Part shown: positions 53,401 through 64,000 of the stretch, piece by piece
Layout of the letters: each line of letters opens with the position of its first letter
Position numbering within the stretch: position 1 is the first letter of the stretch
Source: Eledone cirrhosa
Taxonomy: Eukaryota
Direction of reading: 5' to 3'
Assembly: GCA_964016885.1 (NCBI GenBank)
Contig: OZ024741.1
Coordinates: forward strand, 193,254,001-193,318,000
DNA: 64,000 nucleotides
The notes under the pieces: model-generated
What the model saw: only the letters and a program-made list of their open reading frames with translations
Told to the model about the DNA's origin: nothing
The model's database searches: none
Position numbers and translations under genes: made by a program

Positions 53401-53898
53401 TGGTGAGACTCTTGCACCCTCCTTCCCTATCCACTAATCCCACACAATGCCAGCGTGCATCTAAGATGCAGTCGCCCACTAACACTAAAGAGCGGGACGT
53501 TCCAAGAAAGGTCTCCAGACGCCGGAAGAAATCAGGCCGCCCTGCTCCTGTCGGGGCATAGACGGCCACTAACCTGAAAGCTTGCCCGTCTCCGCTGGTC
53601 ACGTCCAGCACCACCAACTTACCTTCTGGGTCCAGGAAGATGGCCCGTATGGCAAGATCCAAACCTCTCCGAAAAAACACAGCAACTCCCCCCCCCCCCC
53701 CGATCCCGGACGGCTGGGAGATGCGTACACATCGTAGCCGCCGAAGATCGGTGCGAAGGCCCGTGCTTCGGAGATTCTGGTCTCGCTGATGGCCACTACA
53801 TATATGTTTAGTGACCTGAGGTCGTTGAGCAGATGGCCCTGCTTCCATGACGACCCCAAGCCACGCGCATTTATGCTGCCTATTCTGAGTGAGGTCAT
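50483..53898 (-). pseudogene. Tx1 ORF2 (APE endonuclease, reverse transcriptase, C-terminal CCHC), few lesions
   Basis: GSINARGL, SYLDRVF, TDH, QGCPLSSLLY, SAYADD, CPRC..HALVQC. Frameshift at the G-run ~53690 and a stop at 51746. Confidence 0.95.
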
Positions 53899-53932
53899 GT
53901 TGAAAAGGAGTGGAAAAGATGGGAAAGACCAC

Positions 53933-55877
53933 TTACCTTACTTCTCGTAGGGGAAGGACGGTTTTTCCATCCTTTTCACTGCTTGTGGCCTCCTCGGGAA
54001 GGATGTCCTTATAAATCCTCCTGCAGAGTGCTTGTCGGAAGTCTCCGATGTCTTTGGGGAACTTTTGTTTTAGTGTCATGTACGTTTTCTGTGTGATGCG
54101 AGTGATTTGTATGTGTGGAGGTGGTGTGAATTTTGGGGTTGTTGTGTAGTCTTTTTCTGTGATGCTGGTGTTGTGTTGGATGTAGTGTAATAATTGCTTG
54201 TTGTTCAAATTTAATGCTGTGTAGTGTGTATCGTTTTGGTTGTTTTGTTTTGTTTGCGTTTGTTGTGGGTTTGTTTCTGTTTCGCATTTTGGTGACTTTT
54301 GTGGTGTAGGTGATGGTGGTGTTGGGGTTAATGATGGTGATGGTGTTGGTGTTTGGGTTGATGGGGTTGGTGAGGCTGGTGTGGATGGTGGCATATCTGT
54401 CCTAACTTTTTTGTTTCTTAATTTATTTGTTTCCCTCTGTATTTTGTTTTTGGAGGGGGAAGGAAGAGAATTTTTATGTTTTTTGGTTTCTTTTTTTTTT
54501 CCGCATACCGTTTCCCACTCCTCGTCGTCACAATCTGTCTCCAGTTGTGATAGGCTGGGGAGTGGAAAATCCTCCACAGGCGTTAGTTTTGGTTGTGGCG
54601 TGGTGGATGGTGTAGGCGCTCGTGCTAGTTCTGAAGCGTTGGGTGGTGGTGGTGTTGGTTTTGCTGGTGGTGGTGGTGTTGGTTTTGCTACTGTTGCTGG
54701 GGTTGTTGCTGTTATAATTGCTTCTGTTGTTGCTGCCATCTCTGCTACTGGTGGTGTAGTTGGTTGTGTCACTGGGGTGGGTAGGAGAGGTGGCCTCAAC
54801 CTTTTTGCCTGAGTGCAGAAAGCCCTTAGGTGGGTTCCTTCACCACAAACGACACACCTAGGTCTTCTGCCCTCGACAATTACGGTGAGGTGGCTGCCGT
54901 CAGTGAGGTCTATTACCTCTGGGATCTCCTCAATGCTTTTTTGGTCCGCTTGGATCAGGAGCTCCATCCCAGATCCGGACCAGTTCTCCTGCTTTTCTTT
55001 TGCTATTGCTATTATTTTTGTGTTGGCTTCGATGCCGGCGAGGACGGCCGCTATTAGCCAGGGAATTTCGATGGCCGGTGGAACGTGGGTCACCCTGATC
55101 TTTACGAGTCTCTGGCCACAATAGCTTGGGACGAGTGTGAAGTCGTCACTTCTTAATGGGGCCATGGAGTGTTCTCTAGCTTCCTCTGGTGTTTCAAAGA
55201 ACACGTCTACGGTTCCATACTTCTGCCCACGTCTGATGTGGGTTTTTCTTGCTTTTTGGATTTGGGACTCGGATGCCCGTTCCACTCGGCGCGATTTTAC
55301 ATTTATTGTTCGATATGACACGGTGCATAGGCGCCGATGCTCCATTTTATTAGGTGGGGGGTGAGGCTGACCCTGTATCCATCTTTCTTTACCATTTGTT
55401 TGGCATTTTCTAAATCCTCCTGAGTTACCGTAAATGCTTCGAACTGTTTTGCTACTCTGGCAAAACTGAGGGTGGTTTTTTTAATGTCATTGTTGTTGTT
55501 GCTATCGTTATTTTTGTTATTATTAATTTTAGTTTCAGTTGTGGTGGTGGTGACGTCAGTAAAAGTAGGTTTGGGAGAGTCTATTTTGGTTGAAAATATT
55601 TCGACATCACGAGTTGATTTATTTTTTCCTTTTGTTTCTGTTGTCGCGGTGGTGGTGGGGGTGGTGGTTGTCGCGGTGGTGGTGGTGGCGGCTTTAACAC
55701 CTGCAGTCATTGGTAATGGCGGGAAATGAATGTCTGCATGAGACAAATTTAAAATATTGCTAGTGCTTAAATTATTTATGTTGGAAGACGTATAATCATT
55801 TACAATGGTGGTGTCGGTGTGAGGTGTTAATTTGTGAGAAAGGCTTCAGCTGCTTGGTGCAGTGGTGAATTAGCCAT
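53933..55877 (-). pseudogene. Tx1 ORF1 (gag-like: Thr/Asn-rich N-term, RRM-like region, CX2CX4HX4C, Pro/Thr-rich linker), frameshifted
   Basis: GRRPRCVVCGEGTHLRAFC. Frame breaks near 55830 and 55340-55380. Confidence 0.85.
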
Positions 55878-56087
55878 TATTTTTTCAAAGAAATTTTTTG
55901 ATAATCATAAAAGTTTAAATTTTGGGTACAAGGCCCCAATCTTTTTGGGTGTCCTTTTCGGAAAACAATGTATGTGCGCTTATATATAGTTAACAATAAA
56001 AATTTTCCATAAATGGCAATTTTTAACAAACGGAAATAACAAACCTTTGCGGAGCTCACGATGATACGATTTACTACGTAGGTCGCC

Positions 56088-56121
<34 letters not shown>

Positions 56122-56189
56122 GCAATAATAATAATAACGACAACAACAATAATAATATACATATTCATATATATATACACACACACGCA

Positions 56190-59100
56190 CGCACATAAGC
56201 ATATCTACACACACACACACACACACGATAACAACTAACAGTGCTGCGATCGAATGTGGCTTTTTAGCCCAGCCAATGATCTACAATGTCTTGCACACAG
56301 TCGGCAACCAAAACATTCACTGGGAATAGTCGGCTGTGGTTGGAGTTCGTGTACTTTTGCATGTCGCTTGAGCCCTCCTGCTGATTTACATTCTCTACCA
56401 CATGTTTGGCGAGCATGATGAGTAGCATCTCCAACAGCGGCCTGGTAGTCAACCACTGGTCTTACTTTATGACTGCGAAGATGACTTTCGAGTCCAGCTT
56501 TGCTTAGGCAGAGTCTCGCACAGACGCTGCATGTCAGCACCACAGGAGGACCCTCGCCGTCTGGAAGTGCAACAGCAATGCCCTTCCTCACATCCCGCTT
56601 TACTTTTTCGTGTGCGATTCGAGATGCCTCAAAGGCAACTTTTCCCTCATATACAGTCTTTCTCCATTTATTAAGATCACCAGCAATATTTTCCCATGTA
56701 TCAGCAGAGATATTAGCGTCTTTCAGAGAGGCTTTCAGGGAATCCTTATACCTCTTTTTTGGTTTATGTGGCGGTCGTTTTCCTTTAACCAACTCTCCAT
56801 AGAAGAGTTGTTTTGGTATTCTAGAATCCTTCATCCTGGCAAGGTGACCACTCCAACGGAGTCGTTGCTTAAGCACAAGAGCTTCTATACTGTCACACAT
56901 AGAGCTTTCCAAAATCTCGACATCACTGATGTGGTCCCTCCAGTGAACGCCATGGATCCGTCTGGGACACATCTGATGGAAACGCTCCAATTGCTTAAGG
57001 TGGTGTCGATATGTGACCCAGGTCTCGCAGGCATAAAGAAGACAAGAGAGTACACATGCCCTGTACACCTTTACCTTTGTCCTCCTGCATATGTCTCGCC
57101 GACCCCAGAGTCGCCTTTCTAGCTTTCCTAATCCTAAGTGAGATTTCACCGTCAAGGTTGCCGTATCGATTGACAGTGCTTCCCAGGTAGACAAACTGAT
57201 CAACCACTCCAAGTCGTTTGCCATACACATAGATGTTTGGTTCAGTGTACTGCTTACTAGGGGCAGGTTGGTACATGACGACGGTTTTCTTGAGACTAAC
57301 AGTCAAACCCAGGGCAGTGCAAGCGTCAGAAAATGCATTCAAAATGTGCTGCATATCACTCTCTGTGTGCGCTACAAGATCGCAATCATCTGCATACAAG
57401 AGGTCTCTTATGATTGATGTAAATACTTTTGTCTTCGCAGCAAAGCGCCTGATGTTAAATATGCTGCCTGAGGTTCGATATCGGATGTAAACACCATGCT
57501 CGCAATTCCTGAATGCAATGCAGAAAACCATTGCAAAGTATATGGCAAACAGGGTCGGTGCTGGAATATCCCCCTGTTTCACTCCATTTTTTACTGAGAT
57601 AGGCTCCGACATGTTACCTCCGACATTAACCCAAGCCTTCATGTCGTCATGGAAAGACCTAACTAAAGCAAGGAACTTATCAGGGCAACCAAGTTTCTGG
57701 AGAACCTTCCATAATGCCTCTCTGTTGACAGTATCGAAAGCCTTTGTCAGATCGACAAAAACCTGATACAGATCCAAGCCTTGTTCAATGCACTTCTCCT
57801 GGAGCTGTCTAGCTGAGAAGATCATATCAGTAGTGCCGCGTCCAGCACGAAAACCAGATTGACTTTCAGGAAGAACACAATCTGCAATGTGTGTCAGCAG
57901 ACGGTCCAGAAGCACCCTACATAAAACTTTCCCTACGACAGAAAGCAATGATATACCTCTGTAGTTCCCACAATCATTCCTGTTACCCTTTCCCTTGTAC
58001 AAGACCACCATTACTGCATCTCTCCAGTCCTCAGGTACGGATTCATTAGCCCATATCCTTCCAAACAAAGAGTGCAGATGTTGCAGGAGTCTCTCACCAC
58101 CATATTGTAGGAGCTCAGCATGTATGCCATCCATACCTGGAGATCTTCCACTGTTCAGCTTCGAAATAGCCACTGCAACCTCCACAAGCGTCGGAGGTTC
58201 TGCGAGAGCTACTTTCACAGGACTTTCTGGAATGAGATTGAGGAAATCTTCACTGACGACAGACGGCTGATTCAAAAGATCATCAAAGTGCTCTCGCCAC
58301 CTTCGTAGAATTCCCTGTGAGTCACGAAGAAGTTCTTTGCCATCCTTGCTGCGAAGCGGTGTCACCAGAGAAGAAGACGGTCCATAAACCTCACGCAAGA
58401 GACTGTACTTTGTGTTATTGGAATCAGACGCAGTTTGTATCTCACCAGCCTTCTCACTCCACCACTGATCCTTCATCTGAGAAAGACTCCGCCTAACACG
58501 TGATTTTACATCCCTGAGCTCCTCATGCAACGTATTCCTCTCCTGTGGTTTTGCCGTCAAGTAGCGTGACAGAGCACGCCTCTTATCAGCCAACAAGTCT
58601 TCTATATGTACATCATTCTCATTAAACCAGTCCTGATGTTTTCTCTGCACCAATCCCAGAACACCCCTGCCTACATCATAAACCGACTTTTTAAGGGTCG
58701 GCCAATCCTCACCAAGATCAGCAGCCTGCATCTCTTCTTCCAATGCCCTCTTCACATTTTTATCCTTAAGACGAGCAGCATTCAATCTTTTGGGCAGGGT
58801 AACACCAGGAGCCCGGATTTTACGTTTGGTGATTAGTTTCACTTTTGCGCGTACCAGGTGGTGGTCCGTCCAGCACTCAGCTCCACGAAGAACACGAACA
58901 CACTGCACATCCTGTCTGTCACGCATCCTGACTAGGACGTAGTCCAAAAGATGCCATTCCTTAGATGCAGGATGCATCCATGTGGTCTTGAATTTGTTCT
59001 TTTGTTGGAACATGGTGTTGGTAACACACAGATCCAGCTCCTCACACATCTGCAGCAGGAGCATACCATTGCTGTTACACTTTCCCACCCCATGCCTTCC

Positions 59101-60110
59101 GATTACATTCCATGTGTTAAAATCCCTACCGACTCTAGCATTAAAGTCACCAAGCACGATGACTTTGTTTGCCTGAGGGATATTTTTTAGAACAACTTTC
59201 AAGGCATGGTAAAAGGACAGTTTTTCTTCATCGACAGAATTCATAGTTGGAGCATACACACTCACCAGGGTAGCATATCTTCCCTTGTCTAGCGGAACTC
59301 TCATGGACATAAGACGCTCACTAATCCCTACTGGGAATTCTTCTAATTTATTCACAAGTACAGTCTTAACAGCAAATCCTACCCCAGCCTCTCTTCTGGT
59401 TCCTTCATCTCTTCCTTTCCAGAAGAATGTATATTCTCCACAAAATTCCGTAAGATGACCATCCCCAGCTAATCGTCTCAGATAAAGCCACGATGTCAAG
59501 ATCGTAACGTCGAAGCTCCTTTGCAACAAGAGCGGTCCTTCGTTCAGGACGCTCCAAGGAATCCCTGTCAAGCAGCGTCCGTACGTTCCAGCAGCCAAGA
59601 CTAAATGCCTTGTTTGGCTCTATTACAATGGCACGATGACGAGCGGGCCCAGGCTGTGATAACTTGGGGCCCCTGCCCTTATTGCCAATGATCTTTTTTG
59701 TTCCAGAACCTAAATTGCCAATTATCTCTTTTACATTGTTCTGGAACATCATTGAATTGGAAAAAACAAAAAACAAAAAAAAAAAGTAATAATAATAGTA
59801 GTAGTACACTATTAATAATTATTAATGCACTCGTGCAATGCCTGTGCGTGACGAATATTTTTAAAGTGAGGAAAGACTGTGCACTGAGCCAATCCCACTC
59901 TCTGAGCGACAGTAGCTATAACCCGAAAAGAAGAAAAGATCAACATCATCGGTAACTACTGAGCCGCAGGTTTTATATCGGAGTTAACCCAGTTTCCTGA
60001 GATGCCTTCTCCTAGAAGAATGCCCTGACAAGGGCTAGGAGTTCTTCACTCCCAGTGGTTTAACTGCGCGATCGGGCATCCAGCCCGATTATTTCTATGG
60101 CCCCGCGCGC
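56190..60110 (-). mobile_element. Near full-length RTE (BovB-like) LINE with a (GT)n tail
   Basis: GCWNVRTL, VYAPT, LGDFNARVG, TDH, NYRGISLL, GVKQGD, LLYADD, LRWSGH and three C2H2-like fingers. Frameshifts at ~59470 and ~57125. Confidence 0.95.
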
Positions 60111-60239
60111 AAAAAAAAAAAAAAATCACTTATTGACACTTATACGTACGACATACACACACACACGCATACATATGCACGCACACAGCAACACATACAT
60201 ACAAACAAACACACACACACGCTACTCTATTCACTTACA

Positions 60240-60276
<37 letters not shown>

Positions 60277-60384
60277 TACCGTCATTACTGATACAAGATT
60301 ACAAGATTATGTCAACTGTTGACTTTCAAGAGTTTGTATAGTTGAAGCCGATCGTATTACAGTCCAGTATTATTATAATTGCTT

Positions 60385-60535
60385 TACAGCATAGAGTTAT
60401 GGCTCCCCACGCTCTGAGCTCAAATCCCGTCGAGATCAACCTTGCCCTTCATCCCCACGGAGTCAACAAAAGAGAGTACCAGTGATGCGCTGGGCCAGTC
60501 GCTGGATCCGTACCAAAAGCAGAAAAATTATTATT
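60385..60535 (+). mobile_element. Diverged tRNA-derived SINE
   Basis: CTGAGCTCAAATCCCGTCGAG..CTTGCCCTTCATCC..GTACCAG..ATTATTATT. Confidence 0.7.
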
Positions 60536-61144
60536 AAAGTTGTTTTCTTAAGGCCCGGTCGCTGGTGATGGTGATGGCGGTGGCGGTGGTGGTGGTGGTG
60601 GCAGTTGATGTTGTTGTTGTGTTGTGTGCGTGTGTGTGTGTGTGTGTGTGTTTTGTTATTTTGATTTTTTTTTTCTTTTTTTTTCCCTTCCCTTTTCTTT
60701 TCTTTTCTTTTCCCTTCCTTTTTTTATGTGTTGATGCCGCTGTTGTTGTTGTAAATGTTCAATTCAGTTCATTATGAAGCTGTTGTTGTTGTAAACATTA
60801 GTGCCGGTGTTGTTGTTGTTGTAGATGTTGGGGTTGAAATCTGGTCGTTTGACTGAGTGATGTATATACACACATATACATACACACACATATATATATA
60901 TATACACATTCAACAGAGAGTAGAGGGTTTGACAACAAGTCGATGACTTTAGTCTAGATAGGGTATGGTATGGTAATGACATGTGATGGTGGGGAGAGAG
61001 TGTAGACGTTATTGTGGTGGTGGGGACAGTGAGATGTATCTAGTTCATTTGACCGTTTTCTTCTCTTTGCAAAATTTGAATTTTAGCCATGTTATATTGA
61101 GATGTAAGTAAATGTAAAATGCAAGATATAAATAAATAAATAAT

Positions 61145-61600
61145 ATATACATACATACATACATACATACATACATACATACATACATACATACATACAT
61201 ACATACATGGTGGCTGCCAACTCGTTTTCGAGTACGGCCACTACTTTATATCCATGCAGGAGAACCCCCTACCGATGCGCTGAACGAGTGACTTTTTAGT
61301 CCAGCCAGCGACTTGAAAACTCTGGTACAAACACTACAATTGTGACAATTATCGACACATAGTGCTGGGCCCATGGTACCATGTGACGACAAGTGCAGAG
61401 AGATCTCCAGATATAAAGCAATGCCTGTGCCGTGAAGCTTTTATAGTGAGCAAAGCCAGTCCCACTCTCTTAACCAAGATGATATTTACTAAAAAGAAGA
61501 ACAAGTCAACATCATTGGATACCATCAGAGTTGCAGGTGTTATATCAGAGTTTTCCTTCTCCTAGAATTCTGCCTTGACAAAGGCTAAGGGGTCATCTCT
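61145..61600 (-). mobile_element. Non-autonomous bipartite RTE derivative (5' UTR plus 3' end) with a (TATG)n tail
   Basis: 61420-61590 is homologous to the RTE 5' UTR at 59830-60050. CSVCTRVFKSLAGLKSH finger remnant. Tail motif also present at 49800-49845. Confidence 0.75.
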
Positions 61601-61611
61601 CTCACACACAC

Positions 61612-61696
<85 letters not shown>

Positions 61697-61798
61697 TGTG
61701 TGTGTGAGTATGACATGTGCTCCCCTCAGTCATATCTGAAAATTTGAAACCAATAAATCTACAAATAATTTATTTGGTATTCTAGCTTCCATCTGTTA

Positions 61799-61842
<44 letters not shown>

Positions 61843-62404
61843 TTGGGACTTTAAATGGCATTTTCTAAATTGAATATTACTCTCAATTTAACTGATCTTC
61901 AACCTACAACCTAGGTTTATTAAATGAAGGGATTTTAGTTCCCATATGAGCCAAGTGGTTTGCGCATGAACATGCTTAAGGTTATCAAGATTATGAGCAG
62001 ATAGAATTAGACCCGTATTCTAATGATATCTATTCCTGGGCATATCGGATGTGAGTCCACTGCGGCTCTTAGGAATTATTAAACCTTTGTTTCTAAATTA
62101 CCCACAACAGTATCCATACCTTTCTGTTCTAGGACTACGATTCCACGTAAAACTACATAGTTATTATTACCCACAATAGTATTATTACTTTTCTGTTCTA
62201 GACCCACAATTTCATGCAAAACCACGTGGTTATAACTTTCCAAAGAAATGTCAAACGCTTCTTCTTTATATATATTTTGGTTTTCAGAATCTAGTCTAAT
62301 AGCTTTTATTGCCCTAATACGTTTACTTTTAACTTTTTTTATGCGAAAATGTTTATTCTTAATACATGTTTCATCACAAAGTTGGCTTAAAACTATTGAA
62401 CATT

Positions 62405-63045
62405 ACATAAATATATAAAAGAAAGATGAAAACAAAATTAAGTAATGAGAAAATGGGGAAGGGGTACAAAAGGGCTGATCTGGCTGTAAAGCAAAGTAGA
62501 GGAAAAGACTATAAATGCCATAAATGAGAGGATAGGGAGGGAAAGCAAAGGACTCTTCGGCCATAGAATAAAGGGAGGGGGAAGAGGAGAGGCTGATGGG
62601 CTCTGGGGTAGTGTTTGAGCTGCACCTTGCGGACAAAACTGCAAAGGCATTTCCGTGGACAATGGCCTGCGACACCTGCTGCAACAGCCACCCCAGCTCG
62701 TGGGGCTTCTTCCTCGGATTGGCTGCTGATGTTACAATTTTGCGGAGGGGCTCGGCAGTACAAAGTCTGAGGACGCCTGAGGTCTCAATGGCGACCGGTG
62801 TGAAGAGAAATCTGCCAAACAATCGCGGTATTTATTTGCCTTCCCTTCCTCTGCATTGCGGACCGCAGTACCGGGGTTTGTGATCGAAGTGACTAAGCTA
62901 GAGGCGGAGAAAGTGTCAGAACATATGTCCCAGATTAGGGATTTACCTCCTTCGAAGGGGAAGAGAGTAATTCCATTGGGGCGCTTGCCGTCTTCGCGGT
63001 CGAGGCCCGCTGGTTATAGAAGCGGAAATTGTCTTTTGATGTAAT
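62405..63045 (-). mobile_element. CRE-clade non-LTR retrotransposon 3' fragment (RLE)
   Basis: GLDREDGKRPNGITLFPF..LIWD..AEEGKANKY..FTPVAIETSG..QQVSQAIVHGNA. Confidence 0.85.
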
Positions 63046-64000
63046 TCCTGCATTTTTCTTCGCTATTCACTTACCTGTTGTATGTATATAAAGTGATGAT
63101 GCAATTTTAATTGCTTGAATGTTGATGACATTAGATGTCATATTTGGAATTTTCATGTTTTTGCTATGCTGTCAAATAGTATTATATTTATTTTTACTCA
63201 ATTCCTGTATATTGTACGCTTTTTCTGGGATAACAGCAAGCTTTACGAATATTTACTCTCCTTTAAAATCAACGCAGCAAAGGGCTTTTTCTGGTGTCAA
63301 ATCAGGAATAAGTGAATTTATATATCCTTCGAAAAACTGCACAACGTACTAACGACCGGGAAGATGCACTGTCTATCGGCAGGTTTTCAAAATGTACTTT
63401 TTTTTTAATTAAGAGAGAATTTGAGAACCCTAAAATAGGTTGTAATTTAATCGATACTACGTAGTGCGTTGGTTGTTTGTTTGGTCCAGTGTCAGATTTC
63501 AAGTTTGACATCAAATAGGAAAGAGAATTAAAGCATTGGTTTCAACAGCTTGTATACAGAGAAGTATCTGGTGAAATGTTAGAGAGATAAAGAGGCAAAA
63601 GATGAACGCTAAAGTGAGAGTGCACTCGCGTTAACCTATGCATGCACACACATATACATATGCATACACAGAAACATGTAATTGTCGTCTGTTTTATAGA
63701 ATTTTGTACGAAGTTTCGGTTTTCTTTTCATTCTTTCCTCGTTCATTTTAACGAATAGAATAAACATATATCTAGCAGTGATTTGATATTCTTTTCAATA
63801 GAGTTTCTTTTACACTATCAATCGGCCACCAAGAAGCTGACCTCTGCAGCCTCATAGATAACGTTGATTCCTAGCATTTAAGATGTAGTCCACTGCTTTA
63901 CACAGACTCTGTGAGTCTCTCTCGCTCCATCTCGCCCCCCCCCCTCCCCCCTCGCTCATTCTATCTCGTTCCCCACTCCTTCTCTCTCTGTCGGCTAAGC

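Larger units (their letters stand above)
50218..56087 (-). mobile_element. Near-intact full-length Tx1-clade LINE, subfamily A (~5.9 kb), embedded in (AAT)n
   Basis: 5' (TTA)n-TTGGCGACC; ORF1 with CCHC knuckle; ORF2 APE-RT-zinc motif; AATAAA plus (ATT)n tail. Confidence 0.97.

Noticed and set aside
56075-56090. TGGCGACC at the Tx1 5' end resembling an LTR primer-binding site
   Set aside because: Only about 8 nt, no LTRs or integrase, and the element has APE plus a tail typical of TPRT.

Overview
This is eukaryotic, intron- or intergenic-type DNA, almost entirely transposable elements and microsatellites. The SINE and repeat style suggests an octopus or other cephalopod (inference). I found no recognisable host protein-coding gene. 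The window holds six long Tx1-clade (APE-RT) LINE copies plus one short 3' stub, from about three subfamilies; all are on the minus strand, with 3' (ATT)n tails in the younger copies. It also holds five or six R4/Dong-clade (RT-RLE) LINE copies, all primarily on the plus strand, with (AAT)n tails where the 3' end survives. There are RTE-clade LINEs: one near full length with three C-terminal C2H2 fingers, one 5'-inverted, and one non-autonomous bipartite derivative. The rest are Penelope-like elements with minimal hammerhead ribozymes, a CRE-clade fragment, non-autonomous Helitrons and about 15 tRNA-derived SINEs. Most notable are: (i) an (AAT)n/(ATT)n insertion niche shared by Tx1, Dong and SINEs with opposite polarity; (ii) a conserved 5' splice-donor motif at the Tx1 ORF1 stop, whose nearest acceptor would fuse ORF1 to ORF2 in frame and whose distal acceptor would remove ORF2; (iii) structured RNA motifs in the UTRs. 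Coordinates were read by eye and boundaries are approximate.
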